From positions 1 to 64,000 of the forward strand of contig JAZNOU010000001.1 of the NCBI GenBank assembly GCA_045589295.1: a DNA stretch of 64,000 nt. The letters run 5' to 3'. Made by a program: the position numbers and the translations under genes. Shown here one piece after another: positions 19,198 through 29,478 of the stretch (positions within the stretch are counted from its first letter, which is position 1; each line of letters starts with the position of its first letter). The notes beneath the pieces were generated by a model. The model saw only the letters and a program-made list of their open reading frames with translations, was not told the origin of the DNA and searched no databases. The DNA is from Clostridia bacterium. GTDB lineage: Bacteria; Bacillota; Clostridia; RGIG6154.

Positions 19198-20538
19198 TTA
19201 ATTTACAAGATCGTTTATCCATTTTCTTGATTTGTATCTTTTAAATCCTACTATTCCTTTAACTGCTTCCTCACTGTTTAATGCAATAATAACAACTAAA
19301 ACAGGAAGTTTTAGCAAAAGCCCTGTTATAAACACCGATGGCACTCCGATAAGCCATACTGCACACGCATCGAGTATAAGACAATAAAGCGTATCTCCGC
19401 CGCTTCTTAAAACGCCAACAATATTTACGTAGTTAAACATTTTAAACGGCATTGCAACCGAGAGAACAACTAAAAACTGCCATGCATAGCCTTTTGCAAC
19501 ATTTGAAATATTATATGGAAGCAAGACAATATTAGAGAGCAATAGCAAAGCGACGCCTATTGCTGTGCCCAAGGCAATTGCAAGCACAATAAACCTTTTT
19601 GCGTAAATCCATGTCGCCTCTTTATCACCTTCGCCGATTTTTTTGCCAACCATAACTGCTGCCGCACCACCTACACCAAAACAAAGAGATGTTAAAATCT
19701 GTTCTGTATTCTTTGCAATTTGATTTGCCGCAACAACTTCTCTGCCTATTCTGCCAAACACCATATTATAGGTACTCATACCAAGCCCCCACATTGTTTC
19801 ATTTGCGATAACAGGTGTAACTTTTGCAATATACTTACCAAAAAACTCTTTATCAAATTTAAAGTTTTTTACCTTTAGTGCCACAATACTTTTCTTTGCG
19901 TAGATATAAATAACAAATGCCACAATTTCAACAAATCGTGCAATAACGGTTGCAACTGCAGCACCTCTTACACCAAGTGCAGGAAATCCAAGATTCCCAA
20001 AAATAAGACAATAATTCATTAAGGTGTTAACAAGTAATGCAAAAGCGGTAATTATTAGCGGCACGTGTGCTTTTTCGGTAGAGCGGAGCGCAACTGCAAA
20101 ACAAAAGCTTATTCCAAACATAGGATAGCAAAAAGCCGCCACTTTAAGATACTCTGCACCAAGCGAAATGATTTCATGGTCATTTGTAAAAATTGCAAGA
20201 CAGTTTTTCGGGAAAAATATTGCCAAAGCACTGAAAACCACAGAAACCAACACACACATTACAACTGAATATGCAATTGGTTTTTTTAGGGCATCATAAT
20301 CACCCTTACCAAAAAATTGTGCAACAAAAACTGATGTTCCGCTTGATATTCCGAAAACAACTAGAGAAAATATGAAAAACACCTGATTGCCAAGTCCAAC
20401 TGCCGCAACGGGAAGATCACCCAGCGAGCCAATCATAATTGTGTCCAACATATTTAAAAAGGACATCAAAAGATTTTGAAGTGCAATTGGTGTAGCTACT
20501 TTTAAAAGCAGTGAAAGAAAATCTTTATCCTTAAACAT
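19198..20538 (-). CDS. MATE family efflux transporter
   Basis: PIALQNLL..DTIMIG, AQFFG, GVRGAAVAT, LRSGGDT. Confidence 0.93.
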   Translation of the reverse strand: MFKDKDFLSLLLKVATPIALQNLLMSFLNMLDTIMIGSLGDLPVAAVGLGNQVFFIFSLVVFGISSGTSVFVAQFFGKGDYDALKKPIAYSVVMCVLVSVVFSALAIFFPKNCLAIFTNDHEIISLGAEYLKVAAFCYPMFGISFCFAVALRSTEKAHVPLIITAFALLVNTLMNYCLIFGNLGFPALGVRGAAVATVIARFVEIVAFVIYIYAKKSIVALKVKNFKFDKEFFGKYIAKVTPVIANETMWGLGMSTYNMVFGRIGREVVAANQIAKNTEQILTSLCFGVGGAAAVMVGKKIGEGDKEATWIYAKRFIVLAIALGTAIGVALLLLSNIVLLPYNISNVAKGYAWQFLVVLSVAMPFKMFNYVNIVGVLRSGGDTLYCLILDACAVWLIGVPSVFITGLLLKLPVLVVIIALNSEEAVKGIVGFKRYKSRKWINDLVN

Positions 20539-20622
20539 TCTTATTCCTTTCTGCATAATTACTCAATATATTATTTTATCATTATAAGGTATATTTGTCA
20601 ATGAAACCTAAATATTTAGAGC

Positions 20623-20660
20623 AAAAAAAAGACTGCTTCACTAGGATACGTGAAGCAGTC
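20623..20660 (-). terminator. Rho-independent terminator
   Basis: GACTGCTTCAC/GTGAAGCAGTC 11-bp stem plus U8 on minus strand. Confidence 0.85.
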
Positions 20661-20723
20661 AAAAAAAGATAGGGATGAATATATAAAAAAGATATTAGCG
20701 TGATTTAATGTCTTTCATTTACA
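20623..20723 (-). ncRNA. Candidate ~100-nt small RNA
   Basis: TATAAT at 20735-20730, no substantial ORF, own terminator; inference only. Confidence 0.35.
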
Positions 20724-20850
20724 AATATTATTATACACGCTATTTGTTAACGCTTTATGTCTATTTTGTAAACATTTGCTATTTTTTTAGGTTTTTATAT
20801 TAAAAAACACATTTTTTTACACCATTTTTTCTGATAACTATGTCAATAAT

Positions 20851-21405
20851 TTACACCTTTCTACAAAAATGCATACTTATTTTTTCAATCGCAATATCAT
20901 TTATAAGCGCTTTTGCGTGTTCTTTTATATATAAATCCGTAAAATCTGTTTTACTTCCATACTCAGAAAGGACTGAAATAAAGTTAAGATAACTTTCTTT
21001 AAGACATTTCTGTGTTTTGACGCAAAGATAGTATTCCTTTGAAAGCAAATATAATGATGATTTAACATTACACATATCCATAACCGCAAGACAAGCACAA
21101 ATCACATTTTCAAAGTCATTATATACAAAAATTTCTGTTTCCTCTTGAGTTAAAATAGCAATATTTGAAACACACGCACTTATAATAAGGTCGCCGTCTA
21201 CTATTGGCATAAGTACTATGTTAAGCCCCCTGTCCTTTATGTCAAATCCTGCAATATAACTTATACTAAAAAAAATCTTTTTGATTTTTCTTATACTCTC
21301 GGGACTTCCATCTACAATATCTTCAATTTTTACATTTTCTTTTTCCAGGTCCTCTTGTGTTAAATATACATTTAACCTTTTATCGTCTATAATTTTATAC
21401 CTCAT
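20851..21405 (-). CDS. MecA-like ClpC adaptor protein
   Basis: MRYKIIDDKRLNVYLTQEDL N-terminus, SSLYL...YYL, LSEYG, YIKEHAKALI..AIEK. Confidence 0.75.
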   Translation of the reverse strand: MRYKIIDDKRLNVYLTQEDLEKENVKIEDIVDGSPESIRKIKKIFFSISYIAGFDIKDRGLNIVLMPIVDGDLIISACVSNIAILTQEETEIFVYNDFENVICACLAVMDMCNVKSSLYLLSKEYYLCVKTQKCLKESYLNFISVLSEYGSKTDFTDLYIKEHAKALINDIAIEKISMHFCRKV

Positions 21406-21519
21406 CTTCTGTTCCCCCTATGTTGTATATAAAAATTATACAACACCAAAGCAGAAAAATAAATACAAAATTTATTCATATTAGTGAAGATTTTAGCACA
21501 ACTACATAAAAAATGGCAC

Positions 21520-21549
21520 AAAAAAGAGGATGCATACTTGCATCCTCTT
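21520..21549 (-). terminator. ppdK terminator
   Basis: AAGAGGATGCA/TGCATCCTCTT stem with U-tract on minus strand. Confidence 0.85.
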
Positions 21550-21563
21550 ATAATCTGTAAAGA

Positions 21564-24194
21564 TTATTTATTGTCGTTGATTGCAGCCTGAGCAGCAGCC
21601 AAACGAGCGATCGGAACTCTGAATGGTGAGCATGATACATAAGTTAAACCAATCTTATGACAGAACTCAACTGATACAGGGTCACCACCGTGTTCGCCGC
21701 AAATACCACAATGCATTTCAGGACGAACTTTCTTACCCATTTCAACAGCCATTTCCATAAGCTTACCAACACCTGTCTGGTCGAGCTTAGCAAACGGATC
21801 GTTTTCAAAGATTTTTGCATCATAGTAAGCGTCTAAGAACTTACCAGCATCGTCTCTAGAGAAACCATATGTCATCTGAGTAAGGTCGTTTGTACCAAAG
21901 CAGAAGAACTCAGCTTCTTTAGCAATGTCATCAGCTGTAAGACAAGCTCTTGGGATTTCAATCATAGTACCAACTTCATATTTAAGATCCGCTCCAGCGT
22001 TTGCGATTTCTTCATCAGCAGTTGCAACAACTACTTCTTTAACATATTTAAGTTCTTTGATATCGCCAACTAAAGGAATCATAATTTCAGGAACCAAGTT
22101 CCAGTCAGCGTGAGCTTTTTTAACATTGATAGCAGCTCTGATTACAGCTTTTGTCTGCATCTTAGCAATTTCAGGATATGTTACTGCAAGACGGCAACCA
22201 CGGTGACCCATCATTGGGTTGAATTCGTGGAGTGAAGAAATAATAGCTTTAATATCTTCAACTGTCTTACCCTGAGCTTTAGCGAGCGCTGCAATATCAG
22301 CTTCTTCTGTAGGAACGAATTCATGAAGCGGAGGATCCAAGAATCTGATTGTAACAGGATTTCCTTCCAATGCTTCATAAAGTTTTTCAAAGTCTCCCTG
22401 CTGATAAGGAAGAATTTTTTCAAGCGCTGCTTCTCTTTCTTCAACTGTATCTGAACAAATCATTTCTCTGAATGCAGCAATTCTATCAGCTTCAAAGAAC
22501 ATATGTTCTGTACGGCAAAGACCAATACCTTCTGCACCAAGTTCACGAGCTTTTTTAGCATCTGCAGGAGTATCAGCGTTTGTTCTAACCTGAAGTGTTC
22601 TGAATTCATCAGCCCACTGCATAATTCTGCCAAATTCGCCAGCGATTTCAGCATCAACTGTAGGAATAATTCCATCGTAGATATTACCTGTTGAACCATC
22701 GATTGAGATGCAATCTCCTTCAACAAAAGTTTTACCTGCTAATGTGAATTTCTTATTTTCTTCATCCATATTAATGTCGCCGCAACCTGATACACAGCAT
22801 GTACCCATACCACGAGCAACAACGGCAGCGTGTGAAGTCATACCGCCACGAACTGTTAAGATACCCTGTGAAGCTTTCATACCTGTGATATCTTCAGGTG
22901 AAGTTTCAAGACGAACAAGGATAACTTTTTCGCCTCTTGCATTCCAGCTTTCAGCATCTTCAGCTGTGAATACAACTTTACCGCAAGCAGCACCAGGAGA
23001 TGCACCAAGACCTCTGCCCATAGGAGTTGCAGCTTTTAAAGCTTTAGCATCAAACTGTGGGTGCAAGAGTGTGTCAAGGTTTCTTGGGTCGATCATAGCA
23101 ACAGCTTTTTTCTTATCAATCATACCTTCGTCAACAAGGTCACAAGCAATTTTAAGAGCAGCTTTTGCTGTTCTCTTGCCGTTTCTTGTCTGGAGCATGT
23201 AAAGTTTTTTGTTTTCAATTGTAAATTCCATATCCTGCATATCTCTGTAGTGATCTTCAAGGATTTTGCAAACCTTGTTGAACTCAGCAAATGCTTCTGG
23301 GAATTTTTCAGCCATCTGAGCGATTGGCATTGGAGTACGAACGCCGGCAACAACGTCTTCACCCTGTGCGTTTACAAGGAATTCACCCATAAGACCTGGT
23401 TCACCTGTAGCAGGATCACGAGTAAATGCAACACCTGTACCGCAATCATCACCCATATTACCAAATGCCATCATCTGTACGTTAACAGCTGTACCCCATG
23501 AATAAGGGATATCATTATCTCTTCTGTATACATTTGCTCTTGGGTTGTCCCATGAACGGAAAACGGCTTCAACTGCACCCATAAGCTGTTCTTTAGGATC
23601 AGCAGGGAAGTCTTTACCGATTTTGTTTTTATATTCTGCTTTAAACTGAGAAGCAAGTTCTTTAAGGTCGTTAGCATCAAGTTCAATATCCTGTGTAACA
23701 CCTTTAGCTTCCTTCATTTCGTCGATAAGCTGTTCAAAATATTTCTTACCAACTTCCATAACAACGTCTGAATACATCTGAATAAATCTTCTGTAGCAGT
23801 CCCATGCCCAACGAGCATTTCCTGTTTTAGCAGCCATTGTTTCAACAACGTCTTCGTTAAGACCAAGATTTAAAATAGTATCCATCATACCAGGCATAGA
23901 TGCTCTAGCACCTGAACGAACTGATACCAAAAGCGGATTTTCTTTATCACCAAATTTTTTGCCGCAAATAGCTTCCATTTTTACAATATTTTCCATAATC
24001 TCTGCCTGAATTTCAGCATTGATATTACGGCCATCTTCATAGTACTGAGTACAAGCCTCTGTAGATACAGTAAATCCCTGAGGAACAGGAAGACCGATCT
24101 TTGTCATCTCAGCAAGGTTTGCGCCTTTACCACCGAGGAGTTCACGCATTGAAGCGTCGCCTTCTGAGAATAAGTAAACGAATTTTTTACTCAT
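21564..24194 (-). CDS. ppdK: Pyruvate, phosphate dikinase
   Basis: LLGGKGANLAEM, SVRSGA, GGMTSHAAVVARG, GTNDLTQ, GICGEHGG. Confidence 0.98.
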   Translation of the reverse strand: MSKKFVYLFSEGDASMRELLGGKGANLAEMTKIGLPVPQGFTVSTEACTQYYEDGRNINAEIQAEIMENIVKMEAICGKKFGDKENPLLVSVRSGARASMPGMMDTILNLGLNEDVVETMAAKTGNARWAWDCYRRFIQMYSDVVMEVGKKYFEQLIDEMKEAKGVTQDIELDANDLKELASQFKAEYKNKIGKDFPADPKEQLMGAVEAVFRSWDNPRANVYRRDNDIPYSWGTAVNVQMMAFGNMGDDCGTGVAFTRDPATGEPGLMGEFLVNAQGEDVVAGVRTPMPIAQMAEKFPEAFAEFNKVCKILEDHYRDMQDMEFTIENKKLYMLQTRNGKRTAKAALKIACDLVDEGMIDKKKAVAMIDPRNLDTLLHPQFDAKALKAATPMGRGLGASPGAACGKVVFTAEDAESWNARGEKVILVRLETSPEDITGMKASQGILTVRGGMTSHAAVVARGMGTCCVSGCGDINMDEENKKFTLAGKTFVEGDCISIDGSTGNIYDGIIPTVDAEIAGEFGRIMQWADEFRTLQVRTNADTPADAKKARELGAEGIGLCRTEHMFFEADRIAAFREMICSDTVEEREAALEKILPYQQGDFEKLYEALEGNPVTIRFLDPPLHEFVPTEEADIAALAKAQGKTVEDIKAIISSLHEFNPMMGHRGCRLAVTYPEIAKMQTKAVIRAAINVKKAHADWNLVPEIMIPLVGDIKELKYVKEVVVATADEEIANAGADLKYEVGTMIEIPRACLTADDIAKEAEFFCFGTNDLTQMTYGFSRDDAGKFLDAYYDAKIFENDPFAKLDQTGVGKLMEMAVEMGKKVRPEMHCGICGEHGGDPVSVEFCHKIGLTYVSCSPFRVPIARLAAAQAAINDNK

Positions 24195-24378
24195 TAGTTA
24201 CCCTCCTAATAATTTATCAGAATTATTATACTCTTTTTTCCTCAATTTGTAAAGAGAAACTTTTATAAAAATTATTTTTACTTCTAAAAATATCCAATTA
24301 TTGTATAATTCATTGACTTATTTTGAGGTAACCTGTATAATAATTGACGTATTTTTTGAAGAAAAGAGAAAAATCATA

Positions 24379-25008
24379 ATGAAAAAAGGAATATTTTTGT
24401 TTATAATTTCAATCATATTGCCATTACTTGCATCATGCTCCCAACAGCACACAGCTGTAACTGCACTGCACATAAACTCAAAAACTGTACGGCTTGAAAG
24501 CGATATGACAAAAAATCTAAGCATAACCGCACATCCTGAGGGAATTGACAGTTCACATTACAGCCTTGTAAGCGAAAATGAATTTGTTGCAGTTTGTAAA
24601 GGCAATTCCGTTTGTGCAGTAAATGAAGGTGAAACTTATGTTTATGCCGTTTCGACAAATGGCAAAATTGAGAGTAACAAAATTAAAGTTATAGTAAGCA
24701 ACGAAATATTTGATGTTGCATCAAAAATAATTGCTCTTTCTGTTGAGGAAGAAATCGAAGAACTTAAAATGACAGAAATCACTCCAGAAAAAGCAACACA
24801 GATAACAGAAACAAGAATATATGAAATTCCCGAAAAATTTACTCCACCCCTTGTCACCGAGGACAACTCCTCCGACACGGTTTACATAACTCAATCGGGA
24901 ACTAAATTTCATAAAAAAACTTGTTCGTATGCCAAAAACGCCTCCCCTGTTTCACGAAGTGAGGCGTATGACGATGGAAAAACACCTTGTAAAAAGTGCT
25001 GTCCGTAA
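24379..25008 (+). CDS. Lipoprotein with Ig-like domain and C-terminal Ada-like metal-binding motif
   Basis: Lipobox LASC; VYITQSGTKFH..C...TPCKKC. Confidence 0.7.
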   Translation: MKKGIFLFIISIILPLLASCSQQHTAVTALHINSKTVRLESDMTKNLSITAHPEGIDSSHYSLVSENEFVAVCKGNSVCAVNEGETYVYAVSTNGKIESNKIKVIVSNEIFDVASKIIALSVEEEIEELKMTEITPEKATQITETRIYEIPEKFTPPLVTEDNSSDTVYITQSGTKFHKKTCSYAKNASPVSRSEAYDDGKTPCKKCCP

Positions 25009-25013
25009 ATTGA

Positions 25014-25068
25014 ATATTATCACATTTTGAGATAAAAGTCAATATCTCATTTTGAGAAAACATATAAT
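25014..25068. promoter_or_regulatory. Tandem operator pair and divergent promoters upstream of small XRE
   Basis: TATCACATTTTGAGATA (25018-34) and TATCTCATTTTGAGAAA (25043-59); TATAAT at 25063-68 (+); TTGACT-17-TAATAT at 25042-25014 (-). Confidence 0.6.
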
Positions 25069-25090
25069 AACACCTAGGTGGTGTAATTAT

Positions 25091-25285
25091 ATGAGATTAA
25101 AAGATTTAAGAGAAGATTCAGATATTACGCAAAAAGATTTGGCTGAGTATCTTCATATAAAACAAAACACTTATTCGCAATATGAAAATGGTCAAAGGCA
25201 ACTTCCCATTGACGTTTTAATTGCACTTGCAAAATATTATAAAGTTTCAACAGATTATATTTTAGGTGTTACCGACAAAAAATAA
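25091..25285 (+). CDS. Small XRE-family HTH regulator (64 aa)
   Basis: MRLKDLRED..ITQKDLAEYL..QNTYSQYENG. Confidence 0.92.
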   Translation: MRLKDLREDSDITQKDLAEYLHIKQNTYSQYENGQRQLPIDVLIALAKYYKVSTDYILGVTDKK

Positions 25286-25296
25286 AAGAGATGTTT

Positions 25297-26202
25297 CTAC
25301 ATCTCTTTTTTATATTCTTCAAACTGTTTTATAAGTTCTTTTCCTGTAAGGGCTAACAGTTCATAATATTTTTTAGTCAGTTCTTTATTTCCTCTTCCTA
25401 TTTTAAAGCTCTCGGTTAACACTTCAAATGTAAGGTCGCCCTGATAATCAACATCTGCAAGTGCTTTCATAACTGCATTCCAGTCCATTTTGCCAAAATA
25501 CGGAATTGTGTGCATATCTTCCTTTAAATCGTTATCGTGAATATGAAGTGCGGTAAGCCTTTTTCCTCCAAGCTCATAAATTGCCTCATTTGCGTGCTGA
25601 CCGACAAGACTGGAATGCCCTACATCAAGACAAACTGTAAAATATCTTTCATCAAGTGCATCAAAATAATCTGCAAGTTCTCTGCCGAAGCTACATACAT
25701 TTGCAACTATTCTTTCAAACTGTTGAGAATGTTTCCACATATTTTCAACAGCAATTTTTATGTTATGTTCCCTGCAAACAGGAACAAAAGAATTAAAAAA
25801 CTCAAGATTAAATTCTTTTTGATTTATATCAGGTCTTGATGTTGTATCAACAGGGTGAACTACTATCTGTTTTGCACCAAGCATTCCTGCCATTTTTATT
25901 GAACGCGCAATAAGGGGTTTTATTCTCTTATTATATTCTTCGGCAGTTTCGTGGGTATCTCTAAAGCGCATACTCGGATATGGTGCATGTGCCTGATTAA
26001 AATAAAGGTCATTTTTCTTTACTTCTTTTAAAAGCATTTTACAGGTTTTTTCGCAGTTTTCCTCTGTAAACTCTTCTTTTTCAATCACATCACGCATAAA
26101 GCCCATATCTACGGCATCAAATCCGCATTTCTTTGCGACTTCAAGCCCCTCTTCATATCCGAATTCTGAAAAAAGTTGTCTGGTTGTTGTTGAAATTATC
26201 AT
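25297..26202 (-). CDS. Sugar phosphate isomerase/epimerase (xylose isomerase-like TIM barrel)
   Basis: QAHAP, VVHP, AVENM, CLDVGH, LHIHDN, TFEV. Confidence 0.88.
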   Translation of the reverse strand: MIISTTTRQLFSEFGYEEGLEVAKKCGFDAVDMGFMRDVIEKEEFTEENCEKTCKMLLKEVKKNDLYFNQAHAPYPSMRFRDTHETAEEYNKRIKPLIARSIKMAGMLGAKQIVVHPVDTTSRPDINQKEFNLEFFNSFVPVCREHNIKIAVENMWKHSQQFERIVANVCSFGRELADYFDALDERYFTVCLDVGHSSLVGQHANEAIYELGGKRLTALHIHDNDLKEDMHTIPYFGKMDWNAVMKALADVDYQGDLTFEVLTESFKIGRGNKELTKKYYELLALTGKELIKQFEEYKKEM

Positions 26203-26222
26203 AATATATAGTCCTTTTTAGT

Positions 26223-26238
26223 TATTTCCCGGGAAATA
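26223..26238. promoter_or_regulatory. Noc-binding site (NBS), copy 1
   Basis: Perfect TATTTCCCGGGAAATA, matching the B. subtilis NBS consensus ATTTCCCGGGAAAT. Confidence 0.75.
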
Positions 26239-27378
26239 TTATTTAAAATAAATCGTAATCTCTCCTGCTTCTTCATTCCACGAAACCATTGCACCAAGCC
26301 CCTCTGCCACAAATCTGACAGGAACATAAACTGTTTCATCTTTTTTCACCGGGTGTACGTTTAGCTTTGAAAATTTGTCATTGACAACTGCATTTGTATC
26401 CATAACCCAAATAGAAATTTTATCATTTTTTAAAGTTATGTCCGACCTGCCATAGCCATCTGTTTCATCATGAATAATTTTCCCACCCATCTGATTTACA
26501 ATGAAATCAGATGATATCATCATTGTTTCATTTTCTTCAATTAATTGCGGTACCTGAAGTTGCTCACCATTTAATTCAGCAATATCACTTCCAAGTTTCA
26601 TAACAAGCTTGTTGGTATATTTTTCAACTCCCCTTTTGTAAAACTTTTCCGCATCTTGTCTTGAAACCGCATAATCGTAAAATGAAACTTCATCAATTAA
26701 GCCCAAAAGATTTCCCCAAGCACCTTTGCCTATTTCAAAAGTTTTGTTATTGTTGGCAATGGTAATATAGTCAAAAAGTTCAACAGGAAGTACTTCTGCA
26801 CTTGAAAGAACACCATCATAATAATAGTACAAGATATTTTTATCAAAAACAACAGTAAGATTATGCCATTCATTTTTAATTGTATCGTGGTTAAAAAGCT
26901 CTTTTGATTTAAAAGAATAACTGCCATATTCCGAATTTGAAAGTTTAAAAGTAATATCACTTCTGAAATATGTGTAATTATCCGAAAAATGAATTGAAAT
27001 AGGACCTTGTGTCACATCACCCGCCGTTGATTCTCTTGACAAGAGCATAGGGTCAGTATGAGTTGTATCCGATACATTAAACCAGATTGAAAAAGTAAAT
27101 TCATCACGGAGTTTTGTTTTTTCAGAACCGTAAAGTGACAAATGTCCTCCATTTAATCTCACGCCTTTACCTATAATACTTTTATTTTCAAGTTCAAGGT
27201 TTCCAAATTCAAGTATACCAACACCCTCAACATTATTTACAAGTCCTTTTTCAAAGTTTGTCTCAAGTATTTTGCTGTCAGGTATTTCAAAACTGCTCTC
27301 AAGCTTAAAAGCACCGAAAATAAGACAGAGACATATCAATATAATTACAACTGATATTAATGTTTCTTTAATTCTCAT
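26239..27378 (-). CDS. Secreted LamG/ConA-like domain protein with copper amine oxidase N-terminal (stalk) domain
   Basis: N-terminal TM; FTFSIWF, WHNLTVVFD..YYDG, GLIDEVSFYDYA; VYVPVRFVAEGLGAMVSW. Confidence 0.8.
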   Translation of the reverse strand: MRIKETLISVVIILICLCLIFGAFKLESSFEIPDSKILETNFEKGLVNNVEGVGILEFGNLELENKSIIGKGVRLNGGHLSLYGSEKTKLRDEFTFSIWFNVSDTTHTDPMLLSRESTAGDVTQGPISIHFSDNYTYFRSDITFKLSNSEYGSYSFKSKELFNHDTIKNEWHNLTVVFDKNILYYYYDGVLSSAEVLPVELFDYITIANNNKTFEIGKGAWGNLLGLIDEVSFYDYAVSRQDAEKFYKRGVEKYTNKLVMKLGSDIAELNGEQLQVPQLIEENETMMISSDFIVNQMGGKIIHDETDGYGRSDITLKNDKISIWVMDTNAVVNDKFSKLNVHPVKKDETVYVPVRFVAEGLGAMVSWNEEAGEITIYFK

Positions 27379-27490
27379 TTTAATTCATCCTTTCAACAAG
27401 ATAAATTATAACTATTTATGCCTTTTTTGTCAAACTTACGTGTTGATTTTAGTAGAATTTTGTTGTAAAATCTATTATGAGGTGATGATT

Positions 27491-28312
27491 TTGTTACTAA
27501 ATATTTCGCCATTTGACCTGACTGATACATTTGAATGCGGTCAGTGCTTCAGGTGGAATCAAAATCAAGACAAAAGCTACACCGGAGTTGCTTTTGGACG
27601 AGTTCTTACAATAAAAAAAGAAAAAGACGGTTTTTACTTTTCTGATAATTCTCCCCTTTGGCAGGACTATTTTGACATATCAACCGACTATAATAAGATT
27701 ATGAGCTTTCTTTGTGTTGATGATATTATAAAAAATGCAATCCAAAGTTCACCGGGCATAAGAATTTTAAAGCAGGATTTTTTTGAAACTGTGATTTCTT
27801 TCATTATTTCACAAAACAACAACATTCCAAGAATAAAATCGATAATAGAAGCCCTTTGCAATAATTATGGCAAAGATTTAGGGCACGGCTTTTTTTCTTT
27901 TCCTGATGCTAAAACTTTAGCTTGTCTTACACCTGCAGACCTTGCATTTTTAAAGGCAGGCTACCGCGACAGTTATATAATTGATGCCTCGGAGAAAATA
28001 CTATCAAACTCACTTGATATGGATATAATAAAAAATGCTCCAATTGACGAGGCACGCAAGGAGATTTCAAAAATCAAAGGTGTCGGCCCAAAGGTTGCCG
28101 ACTGCATACTTTTGTTTGGAGTTTCAAGATATGAGGTTTTCCCAACAGATGTGTGGATGAAAAAAGTTTTATCCTCCCTTTACGGCTTTGAAAACCTTAC
28201 ACCAAACGAAATAAATAAGTTTGCTAAAGAAAAATTTGCACCCTATCAGGGATATGCACAACAATACCTATTCAACTATGCAAGATTAAACAAAATTAAT
28301 TCACTCGAATAG
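27491..28312 (+). CDS. 8-oxoguanine DNA glycosylase (OGG1-like)
   Basis: FECGQCFRW, IISQNNNIPRI, HhH KGVGPKVADC, FPTDVW; TTG start after GAGGTG. Confidence 0.9.
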   Translation: MLLNISPFDLTDTFECGQCFRWNQNQDKSYTGVAFGRVLTIKKEKDGFYFSDNSPLWQDYFDISTDYNKIMSFLCVDDIIKNAIQSSPGIRILKQDFFETVISFIISQNNNIPRIKSIIEALCNNYGKDLGHGFFSFPDAKTLACLTPADLAFLKAGYRDSYIIDASEKILSNSLDMDIIKNAPIDEARKEISKIKGVGPKVADCILLFGVSRYEVFPTDVWMKKVLSSLYGFENLTPNEINKFAKEKFAPYQGYAQQYLFNYARLNKINSLE

Positions 28313-28341
28313 TTGACTTATAAAAAAAATAAGTGTATAAT
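28313..28341 (+). promoter_or_regulatory. Sigma-A promoter of serC operon
   Basis: TTGACT-17-TATAAT. Confidence 0.75.
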
Positions 28342-28380
28342 AAAAAAATAGTTTATTTGAATGAAAGGAAGTATAAAACT

Positions 28381-29463
28381 ATGGAAAGAGTGTACAATTT
28401 TTCAGCAGGCCCTTCTATGTTGCCTGAAAAAGTATTAAAAATCGCAGCAGAACAGATGCTCAATTATGAAGGTTCCGGGCAAAGCGTTATGGAAATGAGT
28501 CACCGTTCCAAAGTTTATGAAGAAATCATCAACACTGCGGAACAGGATTTAAGAGATTTAATGAAAATACCTGACAACTATAAGGTTTTATTCCTACAGG
28601 GCGGTGCTTCAACTCAGTTTGCAATGGTTCCATTAAACCTTATGACAAAAAACAAAAAAGCTGACTACGTTATCACAGGTCAGTGGTCAAAAAAAGCTTT
28701 TTCAGAAGCTAACCTTTATGGTACTGCAAGAAAAGTCGCTTCAAGCGAAGACAAGGTATTTAACTACATCCCAAAACTTGACAAGAGTATGTTTGACCCT
28801 GAAGCTGACTATGTTCACACAACTGAAAACAACACAATATACGGAACAAAATTCCACAGCATTCCTGACACTGGTAACGTTCCTTTGGTAACTGATATGT
28901 CATCATGTATTTTATCAGAACCTGTTGATGTTTCAAAATATGGTCTAATCTATGCTGGTGCTCAGAAAAACGTTGGGCCTGCAGGTGTTACAATTGCTAT
29001 TATCAGAGAAGATTTAATCGGTGAAGCTATGGACATTACTCCAACAATGCTCAAATATAAGATTCACGCTGAAAACGATTCTCTCTACAACACACCTCCG
29101 TGCTACGGCATTTATGTTTGCGGTCTTGTGTTCAAATACTTAAAAGAACTTGGCGGCCTTGAAAAAATGGAACAGATTAACATTGAAAAGGCAAAAATTC
29201 TTTATGATTTCTTAGATGAATCAAACTTGTTCAGAGGCACAGTTGTTAAAGAAGACCGTTCACTTATGAACGTTCCTTTTGTAACAGATAACGATGAACT
29301 TAATGCTAAATTTATCAAAGAAGCAACCGCAAAGGGGTTTGTTAACCTTAAGGGACACAGAACTGTTGGAGGTATGAGAGCAAGCATTTACAATGCGATG
29401 CCCACAGAAGGTGTAGTTGCCCTTGTTGACTTTATGAAACAGTTTGAGGCTGACAATAAATAA
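28381..29463 (+). CDS. serC: Phosphoserine aminotransferase
   Basis: YNFSAGP, MSHRS, QGGAS, AGAQKN, GHRTVGGMRASIYN. Confidence 0.97.
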   Translation: MERVYNFSAGPSMLPEKVLKIAAEQMLNYEGSGQSVMEMSHRSKVYEEIINTAEQDLRDLMKIPDNYKVLFLQGGASTQFAMVPLNLMTKNKKADYVITGQWSKKAFSEANLYGTARKVASSEDKVFNYIPKLDKSMFDPEADYVHTTENNTIYGTKFHSIPDTGNVPLVTDMSSCILSEPVDVSKYGLIYAGAQKNVGPAGVTIAIIREDLIGEAMDITPTMLKYKIHAENDSLYNTPPCYGIYVCGLVFKYLKELGGLEKMEQINIEKAKILYDFLDESNLFRGTVVKEDRSLMNVPFVTDNDELNAKFIKEATAKGFVNLKGHRTVGGMRASIYNAMPTEGVVALVDFMKQFEADNK

Positions 29464-29478
29464 TTGAGGTGAATTTTA

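Noticed and set aside
19187-19198. AAATCCTCCAAT identical to part of the 17-bp repeat arm
   Set aside because: Explained by both containing a GGAGG ribosome-binding site in AT-rich context.
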